Source of the DNA: Pirellula staleyi DSM 6068
GTDB lineage: Bacteria > Planctomycetota > Planctomycetia > Pirellulales > Pirellulaceae
DNA length: 32,000 bases
Reading direction: 5' to 3'
NCBI GenBank assembly: GCA_000025185.1
Contig: CP001848.1
Location: 1,080,001 to 1,112,000 of the forward strand
Position 1 is the stretch's first letter. Each line of letters begins with the position of its first letter. The notes below the pieces were generated by a model. That model searched no databases. It worked only from the letters and a program-made list of their open reading frames with translations, and was not told the origin of the DNA. A program made the position numbers and the translations under genes. This document shows, in pieces, positions 1-8,452 of this stretch.

Positions 1-973
1 CCACGGCGCCGGGACCGGGACCACTCACCAGCAGCACACGTGAGCCAAAGATTTGCGGCGTGACGGCATTGAACGTGTCGACCGCGCGGCTGTGAAACGG
101 ATACTCGTGCAGCACCTGGCCATCGTCGCGCGCGAGCGTCACCAGCCCCTCTTCCGTGAGCACGAGCACGAGCTGTCGGCCTTGCACATCGAGTCGCCGA
201 GGAGTGGTGTAGGCCGCTCGATGATCGGTCGCGCTCCAGCGCGTCGCGCCGGTATCGCGATCGAGCGCAATCACTCCACTCCCCTCCCCGCCACAGCCGA
301 GAATCAGCAGATCCTCGTCGACGAGCATCCCACTTCCAAAACCAAACAGCGACGGCTCGAGCTGATAGTCGTGCGCCAGATCGCGACTCCAAACGATCTG
401 TCCGGTGCGGCGCTCGACGCAAAACAGCCGCGCTTGGGCGCTGACGGCATAGACCCACTCTCCGGCGATCACCGGCGTGCTGTAAGGGCCGTCGCTATAC
501 TCGTACTTGCAACGATAAGTTGTCGGCCACGACGTGCGCCACTGCTCCTCGCCAGTCGCCAGATCGAGCGCGCGCAGAACTTCCTCGTCCCCTTCCCGCG
601 CGAGCAGCACCACGTCGCAGCTTCCCTCCCCTGGGCTCGCCACCACCGGCGCGCTATAGCCTCGCCCCACCTTCACGCGCCAGCGCACCGGCGGACCATC
701 TACGCCCCACGCGACATCGAGTCCCCGCGTCGGCGAGGTGCTGTCGAGCTGCGGCCCTAGCAGCTGCGGCCAGGCGTCGGGGATCGGCTCGGCGGGGGCT
801 TCGTCCAGAGAAACTGTCGGCGCAGGCTCCTCGCTCGGCGGACCGACCGGGGCACACCCTGCCGTAACAAACCACCACGTGGCGACCAACAGTAGACAGC
901 CGACCCTGGCAAGGCCAGGCGGCCACCAAGGAGCTAGATCGGCACAGAGGTGGCGGGTGAGATGCGGGGACAT
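1..973 (-). CDS. PQQ-like beta-propeller repeat lipoprotein (BamB-like), 3' end runs off the window
   Basis: Not in the ORF track because it is edge-truncated. I translated the minus strand from ATG at 973..971: MSPHLTRHLCADLAPWWPPGLARVGCLLLVATWWFVTAGCAP..., with a lipobox-like TAGC. Propeller-blade motifs recur: ALDLATGEEQW, CVERRTGQIVW, ALDRDTGATRW, LARDDGQVL. The frame stays open to position 1. Confidence 0.7.
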   Translation of the reverse strand, partial: MSPHLTRHLCADLAPWWPPGLARVGCLLLVATWWFVTAGCAPVGPPSEEPAPTVSLDEAPAEPIPDAWPQLLGPQLDSTSPTRGLDVAWGVDGPPVRWRVKVGRGYSAPVVASPGEGSCDVVLLAREGDEEVLRALDLATGEEQWRTSWPTTYRCKYEYSDGPYSTPVIAGEWVYAVSAQARLFCVERRTGQIVWSRDLAHDYQLEPSLFGFGSGMLVDEDLLILGCGGEGSGVIALDRDTGATRWSATDHRAAYTTPRRLDVQGRQLVLVLTEEGLVTLARDDGQVLHEYPFHSRAVDTFNAVTPQIFGSRVLLVSGPGPGAV

Positions 974-1300
974 AGGGAAATCCTGACACACGCAGGTGAA
1001 GCCCTGATGAAGCCCCGCTTGACCAGCGCCGAATACTTATAGAGTTATCCAGCCACCGGCAGCCGACCTGCGGCGAGAAAACGTAGCAATCGACTTGCCG
1101 GCGCGATACATTAGTGCGTGCTGATTGGTCGCCCGCGATCAGTTTCACTCCCGCCCCACGTTCTAATTTCACAACCGTCCCGCAGCCCCATCCTAGGGAA
1201 CTCGCAGTCGATGTTCCCCAGGCTGATTACCGTTTGATTACCGTCTGAGCTGTCGCTCAGCCACCACTTGTTTCAGCCCACACTCTCGCAGGAATTCGTC

Positions 1301-1882
1301 ATGAATCGATTGAGCACCCTTCTGTTGACCGGTATTGTCGCCGCTTGCATTTCAGCAAGTTTCGCCGACGCCGAGGAGAAAAACGTGAGCGATAACGGAG
1401 CCCTCGGCTTCACCGTGAAGAGCATTGCCGGCAAAGAGGTCGACCTCGCCAAGTACAAAGGCAAAGTACTGGTGGTGGTGAATGTCGCCAGCGCTTGCGG
1501 TTTGACACCGCAGTACGAAGAACTCCAAGCCCTCCACACCAAGTATGCCGACAAAGGTCTGGCAGTCCTCGGTTTCCCTTGCAATCAATTCGGTAAGCAA
1601 GAGCCCGGCAGCGATGCCGAGATCGCCGAATTCTGCAAATCGGAATACAACGTCTCGTTCGACATGTTCTCGAAGATCGATGTGAATGGCGAAACTGCCA
1701 ATCCCCTCTACAAGTACCTGACGAGCGCCGATTCGGCCCCTGCTGCCAAGGGAAAGATCAGCTGGAACTTCGAAAAGTTCATCATCGGCAAGGATGGCAA
1801 AGTTGCCGCCCGCTTCTCCCCCCGCACCGCCCCCGATGACGCCGAGTTCATCAAGGCCATCGAAGCCGAACTCGCAAAGTAG
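1301..1882 (+). CDS. Glutathione peroxidase family protein (Cys type), with signal peptide
   Basis: Classic GPx motifs VVVNVASACGLTPQYEELQALHTKY and LGFPCNQFGKQEPG plus WNFEKF. The ATG at 1301 gives signal peptide MNRLSTLLLTGIVAACISASFADAEE, and I prefer it over the TTG at 1268. The catalytic residue is TGC (Cys), not TGA. Confidence 0.9.
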   Translation: MNRLSTLLLTGIVAACISASFADAEEKNVSDNGALGFTVKSIAGKEVDLAKYKGKVLVVVNVASACGLTPQYEELQALHTKYADKGLAVLGFPCNQFGKQEPGSDAEIAEFCKSEYNVSFDMFSKIDVNGETANPLYKYLTSADSAPAAKGKISWNFEKFIIGKDGKVAARFSPRTAPDDAEFIKAIEAELAK

Positions 1883-1917
1883 TCGACTCGCCGTAATTCA
1901 CCAGCGCTGAAAAATCG

Positions 1918-1963
1918 ATGGCCGGCGACGTATCCAAACTACGTCGACCGGCCATTGCTGTTT
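1918..1963 (+). terminator. Putative intrinsic terminator after the GPx gene
   Basis: ATGGCCGGCGACGTA (1918-1932) pairs with TACGTCGACCGGCCAT (1940-1955) with a one-base bulge and a 7-nt loop, followed by TGCTGTTT. It lies inside the N-terminal extension of track ORF 1918..2817, which argues for the later start at 2014. Confidence 0.5.
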
Positions 1964-2013
1964 GGGGCGATTCTAAAACACTCACTAACCAGTCTCTCTG
2001 CGGAGCCTTCGCG

Positions 2014-2817
2014 ATGCCTTTTCTTAGCTCTTCTCACTGGCTGGCATTCCTCGCGATTCTCCTGACGCTGCTGACCAGCTCTGGCAGCACGGTAGCCGAT
2101 GAAAAATCGAGCGATCTGCTCCGTAGCGACAAGTTCAAAGCGCTACAGGGGCTCGTGGGAGACTGGAAAGGGGTCGCACAGCCGCAGCGCGGCAGCACCA
2201 AAGGGTCGTGGATCGAAAAGGCGTCGTGGGCTTGGAAGTTTGGCGAGAAATCAGCCTCGCTCGATCTGGCCATCGATGGGGGGAAGCTGTTCAAAACCGC
2301 GAAGCTGACCGCCGAGCCGGGGAAAGAGCCGACCGCCACCCCCACTCTTACCCTCCAGGTCACCACCGACGACGCCAAGTCGCTCGTCTACACCGGCGCT
2401 CTCGACGACGAAGGAAAACTGGTCCTTGAAACGAGCGAAGCCCCCGAGGGACTTCCCAAGCGGATCAGCATCCGCATGGTGGCTGGTGGCGATCGTCTGC
2501 TGGTCTTGTACGAGCGGAAAAGTGGCCTCGGCACCAATCTCGTCCGGCTCGCCGAAGTGGGCTACACCCGCACCGGAAGTCAGTTCGGTAAAGGGGCCGT
2601 CCAGCCCGAATGTGTCGTCACCGGCGGCTATGGCTCGATCCAAGTGACCCACAACGGCAAAATGTACTGGGTCTGCTGCACCGGCTGCCAAGACTATTTC
2701 AACGAGAACCCCGAACAGGTCCTCGCCGACTACGCCGAGCGCAAAGCTGCCGAAAAGAAAGAAGCCGCCGAGAAAGAAGCCCAGCAGAAGGCGGCTGCCG
2801 ACGCAGCCAAGCCGTAG
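2014..2817 (+). CDS. Secreted protein with C-terminal YHS/TRASH-like Cys motif and Lys/Glu/Ala-rich tail
   Basis: The ATG at 2014 gives signal peptide MPFLSSSHWLAFLAILLTLLTSSGSTVADE. The C-terminal ECVVTGGYGSIQVTHNGKMYWVCCTGCQDYFNENPEQVLADY matches the YHS-domain pattern as I remember it (C..G......G..Y.FC...C...F...P..Y). The N-terminal ~190 aa are unassigned. Confidence 0.6.
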   Translation: MPFLSSSHWLAFLAILLTLLTSSGSTVADEKSSDLLRSDKFKALQGLVGDWKGVAQPQRGSTKGSWIEKASWAWKFGEKSASLDLAIDGGKLFKTAKLTAEPGKEPTATPTLTLQVTTDDAKSLVYTGALDDEGKLVLETSEAPEGLPKRISIRMVAGGDRLLVLYERKSGLGTNLVRLAEVGYTRTGSQFGKGAVQPECVVTGGYGSIQVTHNGKMYWVCCTGCQDYFNENPEQVLADYAERKAAEKKEAAEKEAQQKAAADAAKP

Positions 2818-2937
2818 CCACCCCAAAGCTATGCAGTAGTGAGGCAAAGCCTGAATCTTTCTGCTCGCTCCGGCATCAAAGTTATTGCGGCGAAGGCGAG
2901 ACCGCTCAGCCTCACTCACCTTGGCGAGAGGTTCCTC

Positions 2938-3642
2938 ATGGCTCCAGCATCCGAGAATCCCGAACCCGGCGCGCCGGACCACCCTCGCCGGCAGTTTCTA
3001 TCGACCGCGATGGCAGTTAGCGCAGTGCTGACCGCAGCCACCTCGCTGCCAGGGACTGAGCCGATGCCTAGCACCCCCGCGAACCAGAATCCACGCCTCT
3101 TCAGCTTCGTCGGGAGCGACGTGGGGACTTGGAAAGTCACCTCGCAGCGAACGATCGTGGGCGAGGCTCTGCCGAGTGTTGCTCGGGTGGAAGTGGTCGC
3201 TGGCGACGTCGCCGCGGCTGAATCGGGCTGGGTGCTGCGAGGCGCCACCAGTCACGAGCGGTATGTCACCCGGAGCGAGAAAAACGAGCTGCTGCGTAAG
3301 CAGGTTGCGCTTGGTCGCGCCGAAGCCACCAGCGGCGCGATCCTGCCGATTCGGAAAAACGACAAGTGGTGGGCTCTTACGCAGGAAGAGCGGAGGGCGA
3401 TCTTCGAGGAAACATCGCACCACATCGCCATCGGGATGAAGTACCTTCCAGCCGTCGCTCGCCGACTGCATCATTGCCGCGACTTATCGCGAGTCGAACC
3501 GTTCGACTTCATCACGCTGTTTGATTTCGCCCCGGCCGACTCTAGCGCCTTCGACGACATGCTCACTTCCCTCCGCGCCACCGAGGAGTGGAAATACATC
3601 GACCGCGAAATCGACATCCGCCTCGAGCGCCAGCAGAGCTAG
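2938..3642 (+). CDS. cld: Chlorite dismutase, short lineage-II type, with twin-arginine signal
   Basis: The ATG at 2938 gives a Tat-like signal HPRRQFLSTAMAVSAVLTAATSL. The core WWALTQEERRAIFEETSHHIAIGMKYLPAVARRLHHCRDL...EPFDFITLFDFAP...LRATEEWKYIDREIDIRL closely resembles short dimeric Clds such as the Nitrobacter winogradskyi enzyme, as recalled from memory. His162 (codon 3421-3423) and Arg175 (3460-3462) are 13 residues apart, the same spacing as the proximal His and distal Arg of characterised Clds. Confidence 0.75.
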   Translation: MAPASENPEPGAPDHPRRQFLSTAMAVSAVLTAATSLPGTEPMPSTPANQNPRLFSFVGSDVGTWKVTSQRTIVGEALPSVARVEVVAGDVAAAESGWVLRGATSHERYVTRSEKNELLRKQVALGRAEATSGAILPIRKNDKWWALTQEERRAIFEETSHHIAIGMKYLPAVARRLHHCRDLSRVEPFDFITLFDFAPADSSAFDDMLTSLRATEEWKYIDREIDIRLERQQS

Positions 3643-3831
3643 CAGCTCCATCACGAGTGGCAATTTGTGCCGATTGTAGCGATTTTCTCGATTCAGCAGA
3701 CCTTGCGGGCCGATACCTAGGCAGCGATTGCTATCTACCAAGCGCAGGGCGGGACTCGATTTTCCATCGGGCCCTTGCACTTTGCTCCGGTCGATCGCAG
3801 ACGTGGATTCCCCCTGGATTCTCGCTGCAGG

Positions 3832-4611
3832 ATGCTACCTATGGTTGCCCGCCTTGCCCTTGTGGCTGTTGCCACTGTGCTACTCCTTCAAACCGGTTGC
3901 TGCTGTGATCGCGTTTACAAATGTGGCGACCCCTGCGGAAGTTGCTTCGGACCACGCGTTTACAACGGCTGTGCGGGAGGCAACTGCGGCACCACCTGCG
4001 GACCAACCGGAGGCTGTGCCTACGGCGCATCGGCACCGGTGAAATGCCAAACCGGCGATGTCGGCCCCTGCGGACAATCGTGCTGCTTCACCGTGCGAGG
4101 CTGGCTCGCCAATCAAATCACCTGTGGTCGCGGCTGTGGCGAAGTCTACTGGGGCGAATGGATCAGCGATCCACCCGATCGCTGCGATCCGTGCGACGAC
4201 TGCTATGGCCAGTTCGTTGGCCCTCGCGGCTGTTGCCCACCCGGCTTCTTCGGACGCCTAGCACACGGCTTCAGCTGCCTGCGACCTTGCCTGCCAAAGT
4301 GTGGCCCGTCGTGCGGTCCTTCCTGCTCCACCTGCGGTGGCGGCGGCGAGGCCTACTACGATGATGCCCCAGCCTACGGCGCAACCTCCTACAACCCTGG
4401 CTGCAAAACCTGCGGCAGCAGCTCGCACAGCTCGGCCATGCATGGGGGCACGCTGCACGGCGGCACCATCCACGGTCCCTCGGTGCAAGGTCAGCCGTAC
4501 TTTGAGAGCGATAGCGTCCTCGAGCAAAACTGGGACCGCACTCCTCCCCAGCCAATTCCCGGCAAGCCGATCCATAAAGCCCAAGCTCCCTACGGTGCCC
4601 GCGCTCGCTAG
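3832..4611 (+). CDS. Cys/Gly-rich low-complexity lipoprotein
   Basis: The ATG at 3832 gives MLPMVARLALVAVATVLLLQTGC (lipobox). By my count there are about 29 Cys in the next ~190 residues (GCCCDRVYKCGDPCGSCFG..., CGEVYWGEWISDPPDRCDPCDDC, CLPKCGPSCGPSCSTCGGGG). I recognise no enzymatic motif. Confidence 0.7.
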   Translation: MLPMVARLALVAVATVLLLQTGCCCDRVYKCGDPCGSCFGPRVYNGCAGGNCGTTCGPTGGCAYGASAPVKCQTGDVGPCGQSCCFTVRGWLANQITCGRGCGEVYWGEWISDPPDRCDPCDDCYGQFVGPRGCCPPGFFGRLAHGFSCLRPCLPKCGPSCGPSCSTCGGGGEAYYDDAPAYGATSYNPGCKTCGSSSHSSAMHGGTLHGGTIHGPSVQGQPYFESDSVLEQNWDRTPPQPIPGKPIHKAQAPYGARAR

Positions 4612-4756
4612 AGCGCATCTCACTTTTGTGTAGTGGTTGTTTCGTCAGTTTCCGCTAGAGATTTCAAACGCCACGCACGCTAATCGTCCATGCGACACGC
4701 ACTAGAGCGTGTCGCCGCTGCTGATCGCACGTTCGATTCGCACGCATCAAGAAACC

Positions 4757-4817
4757 AAAACAACCGGCCGAGAACTTGGGTCCTATGCAGGACTTGGGTT
4801 CCCGGCCGGTTTTGTTC
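4757..4817. terminator. Long hairpin between convergent genes, likely a bidirectional terminator
   Basis: AACCGGCCG (4762-4770) pairs with CGGCCGGTT (4803-4811). The stem continues inward through GAAC/GTTC, four G-U pairs and GTCC/GGAC to a 6-nt loop TATGCA (4784-4789). An A-run (CCAAAACAA) sits upstream and TTTTGTT downstream. Confidence 0.55.
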
Positions 4818-4889
4818 GTCACCTGCAGAGCTTGGAGTCTCGGCAGATGACCTGAGTGGATGTTGCGAAGTCCTGCGACTTCAGACTAG

Positions 4890-5858
4890 TTACTGCGAGA
4901 TCGTTTGCAGCGAGGTGGTGCTCGCAGCGGTCGTGGCCTGAGGGGCCACAGGTTGGGCAGGGATCAGCATCACAGCCATCGTGCTGGCGACTTGGCCGTC
5001 GGCGTTCATCAGCCACAGCTTGGCTTCCTTCGGCTGAGCGATTCCCATGAAGGGAACCTTCACCGTCGCTTTACCAGCGGTCCAGTCGAGCACATCGGTG
5101 GCCAAGGTCACATCTCCCACTTCAACCAGCACCTGACCAGCAGCAGCGGCAAGGCTCGCTTCGGTCAAGGCAATCGTCGAACCGACGATCACTTCGGGCA
5201 ACTTCACCGTCGCCACTTCCGTCGTGCTGCTCACTTGCACCACAGGGACCGATGTCGTCACCACGTTGGGGAGACAAACAGGGTCACAGATCGGCGAAGG
5301 GTAGCAAATCGGTGTGGGGTAGCAGTGTCCGGGGAGTGGCCAGCAAGGACCACTCGGAGGGCAGTGACCAATCGGTGGGAAGGGAACGGGGCAGATCGGT
5401 GGGAGTGGTTTCGGAGGAAAGGGTTTTGGTGGGAAAGGCTTAGGAGGAAACGGTGGGAGCGGGTTCACCACAATCGGTGGGAAAGGCTTAACCGGTGGCT
5501 TAACGATCGGTGGGAAAGGTTTCACAGGTGGGAAGGGTTGAACCACGATCGGAGGGAACGGTTTCACTGGTGGTTTGACGACGATCGGTGGAAAGGGCTT
5601 TATCGGTGTCTGAAACACGGGGGGTGTCAGGTTTGGCTTCTTGATCGGTTTCACCACACCACCAAAGTTGTGGCCACCGAGCTGCTGCTGCAGCACTATC
5701 GGTTTCTTAGTCACTTGCAGCTGACGCGTGACATTGCTCCGCTGAAAGTTGCTGTGATTGTTGTTTCCACCCTTTTCGCCGGCCATGGCCGAGCTCACCA
5801 TCATTCCGGCCACGAGCGACAAAGCGATGGCCACCAGAGTTTTCCATGTGCGTTTCAT
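4890..5858 (-). CDS. Secreted proline-rich tandem-repeat protein with Cys-Pro segment and C-terminal beta domain
   Basis: The ATG at 5858 gives signal peptide MKRTWKTLVAIALSLVAGMMVSSAMAGE. This is followed by KPFPPIVV-type repeats, then ICPVPFPPIGHCPPSGPCWPLPGHCYPTPICYPSPICDPVC, then an Ig-like-looking C-terminal ~120 aa. Confidence 0.75.
   Translation of the reverse strand: MKRTWKTLVAIALSLVAGMMVSSAMAGEKGGNNNHSNFQRSNVTRQLQVTKKPIVLQQQLGGHNFGGVVKPIKKPNLTPPVFQTPIKPFPPIVVKPPVKPFPPIVVQPFPPVKPFPPIVKPPVKPFPPIVVNPLPPFPPKPFPPKPFPPKPLPPICPVPFPPIGHCPPSGPCWPLPGHCYPTPICYPSPICDPVCLPNVVTTSVPVVQVSSTTEVATVKLPEVIVGSTIALTEASLAAAAGQVLVEVGDVTLATDVLDWTAGKATVKVPFMGIAQPKEAKLWLMNADGQVASTMAVMLIPAQPVAPQATTAASTTSLQTISQ
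5265..5651 (-). repeat. In-frame degenerate tandem repeats encoding (K)PFPP(IVV)/PPVK units
   Basis: Protein: PIKPFPPIVVKPPVKPFPPIVVQPFPPVKPFPPIVKPPVKPFPPIVVNPLPPFPPKPFPPKPFPPKPLPP. The plus strand shows recurring ggtgggaaagg(c/t)tt units. Confidence 0.8.
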
Positions 5859-6113
5859 GATCCAGTCTCCTAGCAAAAGTGAAGTTGTGTTTTGGATTGG
5901 CGGGGGGAACCTGACGAGCGAGTGTTCGTCGTCAACCGTCATCCCTCTGCAGTTGCTAGGCGTGGGACCCCGAAGGTTGTTACAACACTTTTTTGGAAAA
6001 AGGGGCGTGAACCCGATTAACGCTCGCTTTTGCCGGGATTTCCGCAGTCGATGCGAACGAAATGGTTGCGACCCGCGCGTAAAATCAGGCGCCAGCCGCG
6101 ATCCGAGCGGCTC

Positions 6114-7565
6114 TTAAGAACGGACGTGAAGCAGTGTCCGGGCGAGCCAGTTTTTCGGCAAATCGGGGCGCAGCAGCGACAAAACACTCCCCCGCGAACG
6201 TTCGATCGCTTCGGCGGCGAGATAGCCGCTTCGCACAGCCCCTTCGAGGGTCGCAGGCCACTCGGTGCGGGTCCAGTCGCCAGCTAAGAAGAGCCCCGGG
6301 ACACGCGTCAGCTGCGTGGGACGTTTGGCGGCCAAGCCGGGGAGCACACTAAACACCGCATCCTGCTCGCTGACGAGTTGCCAGCGCAACAGCTTTGCCG
6401 CGCGCGACCTGGGAAAGACAGCCGCCAGATCGGCGCGGACTTCTTCGATCACCGCTTCGCGGGCTCGTCCCACCAAAGAGCGCGAGGCGCTAATCACTAC
6501 TTGATAGTAGTGCTCGTCGGCTGGAGGTGGCTCCGGCATCACGCTGGCGAAGTTCGGCGCGAAGAGCCACTGCGAGAGCCGACCGACCAGCACCGCGTGA
6601 CGCAGCGGCGTGATCGGCTGATCGAACCACAAATGCACGCCACTGATCGCCGACGACGGCACGCTGGCCATCTCCACCACTTGCGGAAGGAGCTGCTGGA
6701 GCGGCTGGCAGAGCAGGCTCGCCGCCAGATGCCACGGCGCTGCAAGGACGACGTTCGTCGCGCTGCAATCGATCGCGTGCAACTGGCCCGACTGGCCGCG
6801 CTCGACAATCACGCGCTCGACCCCAGCGCTACTCCCTTCGATCGAGCGAACCGTCGTGCCGCGCTCGAACGTGACCCCTTTGGAAGCGAGCTCGATCGGC
6901 GCGCGCACATCAAACAGAAAGCGGAGCGGCACTTTCGGAATCAGCACATCTCCGGCGCGCGGATGCCCCAGAAGTCCATCGACGAACACTTTTCGGGCCG
7001 ACGCCAACGACGAACGCTCGAGCGATTCCCCCAGCGCGCTCACCAGCACCACTTGCCAAAAACGTTCGATCGCCAGCGGGCTTTGCTGCTTAGCGCGGAG
7101 CCACGCCCCCATCGATTGGTTGTCGGCATCGTCACGTACACCATCACGGGCCAGATCGAGCACCGCGCGTGCAACAGCGATCCGATCGGACCACGACAAG
7201 TACTTAAGCCCGAGAAAACTGGTCGCCAAATGAAGCGGCGCTGGGACCAGCGGCGTCGCAGCGAAATCGGATCGAATCCCCTCGGGGGACAGGAAGTGGA
7301 GCCGCTCTTCGCGCGAGAATTCCCGGGCGATTTGCACCCGCTCGGCAAAATCGAGGAAGTTCGTGCAGCACCCCATCACCACGTGCTGGCAATGATCGAG
7401 CTCTTGACCACTCGTGCGATCGGTCCACGACGCAGCGCGGCCCCCCAGTTTTTTGCGCGCTTCGAGCAGTGTCACTTTGCGACCCAAATCGGCGCAGGCC
7501 AAGGCCGTTGCGAGTCCCGCGACACCGCCACCGAGGATCAGCACGTCGGTGCGTCGCGCGTTCAC
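6114..7565 (-). CDS. hpnE: Hydroxysqualene dehydroxylase (FAD-dependent amine-oxidase/desaturase family)
   Basis: N-terminal Rossmann motif DVLILGGGVAGLATALACADLGRKVTLLEARKKLGGRA. It is 483 aa and sits directly after two SQS/PSY-family genes. The GTG start at 7565 overlaps the upstream TGA (GTGA). Confidence 0.85.
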   Translation of the reverse strand: MNARRTDVLILGGGVAGLATALACADLGRKVTLLEARKKLGGRAASWTDRTSGQELDHCQHVVMGCCTNFLDFAERVQIAREFSREERLHFLSPEGIRSDFAATPLVPAPLHLATSFLGLKYLSWSDRIAVARAVLDLARDGVRDDADNQSMGAWLRAKQQSPLAIERFWQVVLVSALGESLERSSLASARKVFVDGLLGHPRAGDVLIPKVPLRFLFDVRAPIELASKGVTFERGTTVRSIEGSSAGVERVIVERGQSGQLHAIDCSATNVVLAAPWHLAASLLCQPLQQLLPQVVEMASVPSSAISGVHLWFDQPITPLRHAVLVGRLSQWLFAPNFASVMPEPPPADEHYYQVVISASRSLVGRAREAVIEEVRADLAAVFPRSRAAKLLRWQLVSEQDAVFSVLPGLAAKRPTQLTRVPGLFLAGDWTRTEWPATLEGAVRSGYLAAEAIERSRGSVLSLLRPDLPKNWLARTLLHVRS

Positions 7566-8452
7566 TGGAGCTCTCGCTTCTCAGGCTGAAATCCGAAAAA
7601 GGTTTCGCGCAGCACGCTCAGTCGATCGAGGTTCGTCAGTCGCACACGCTTCTCGAGCACTTGTCGGGGATCGACTGCAATGCGCTCGAGCAAATGCCTG
7701 TAGTACGCATGCATCGCGCGAAACACTCCTTGCGAGTGACGTGGCAACAGATCGTGAAACGCTTTCGACGAGGCATAGTAGCGCCGCGCGCGAGCGATTT
7801 GAAAGGCAATCAAGTCGCGCAGCTGTGGGGTGAATTGTCGCGCGCCAATCATCGCCTCGGTCACCTCGAATCGGCGCAGCTCTTCGCGGGGCAAGTAGAG
7901 TCGGCCGAGCTTCTGATCTTCAACCAGATCGCGGACGATGTTGGTTAGCTGCATGGCGAGTCCGCAATCGGCCGCAGGTCCTTCCGGGTCGACATGCTGA
8001 GCACGCCAGATATGGCCGCAGCAGAGGCCCACCGCCGAGGCAACATTCCAGCAATAGCTGCGCAAATCATCGAACGTTTCGTAACCATCGTGCTGCAGGT
8101 CTTGCTCGCAGCCATCGACGATGGCCAGTAGATACGCGCGCGGCACGGCGAAACGCTGCTGCATATCGGCCACCGAAGCCAAGATCGGATGCGCGCTGGT
8201 GCCCTGATCGAGCGCTGCAGAAACTTCGTTTTTCCAAGCGGAAATCGCCTGTTTTCGCTCGTCGAGGGTCGCGCTGCTGTCGGCCAGATCATCGGTATGA
8301 CGAGCCAGAGCATACAGCGACTGCAGCGCCTCACGCTCGTCGCGCCGCACGAGCCAAAACGCCCACACAAAACTCGAGCCCGAAGCGCGCGCAAGTTGGC
8401 CGCAGTGCTGGTAGCTGGCATCGACCTCGGAACTTCGCGCGCGACGACTCAC
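7562..8452 (-). CDS. hpnD: Presqualene diphosphate synthase (SQS/PSY family)
   Basis: Asp-rich motifs LARHTDDLADS and TNIVRDLVEDQKLGRLYLP. I place the start at GTG 8452, which overlaps the hpnC TGA (8451..8449) as GTGA and is in frame (codon 44 of the track ORF). I do not use the track start at 8581, which would give a 133-nt overlap. Confidence 0.8.
   Translation of the reverse strand: MSRRARSSEVDASYQHCGQLARASGSSFVWAFWLVRRDEREALQSLYALARHTDDLADSSATLDERKQAISAWKNEVSAALDQGTSAHPILASVADMQQRFAVPRAYLLAIVDGCEQDLQHDGYETFDDLRSYCWNVASAVGLCCGHIWRAQHVDPEGPAADCGLAMQLTNIVRDLVEDQKLGRLYLPREELRRFEVTEAMIGARQFTPQLRDLIAFQIARARRYYASSKAFHDLLPRHSQGVFRAMHAYYRHLLERIAVDPRQVLEKRVRLTNLDRLSVLRETFFGFQPEKRELQ

Noticed and set aside
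654-1172. 172-aa minus-strand ORF spanning the PQQ-propeller gene start and the upstream spacer.
   Set aside because: It is in a different frame from the propeller gene, which has clear repeat motifs and a lipobox. Its translation is Arg/Ala/Gly-rich noise.
1460-1520. Possible selenocysteine (TGA) in the glutathione peroxidase active site.
   Set aside because: The active-site codon in ASACG is TGC (Cys), and there is no in-frame TGA.
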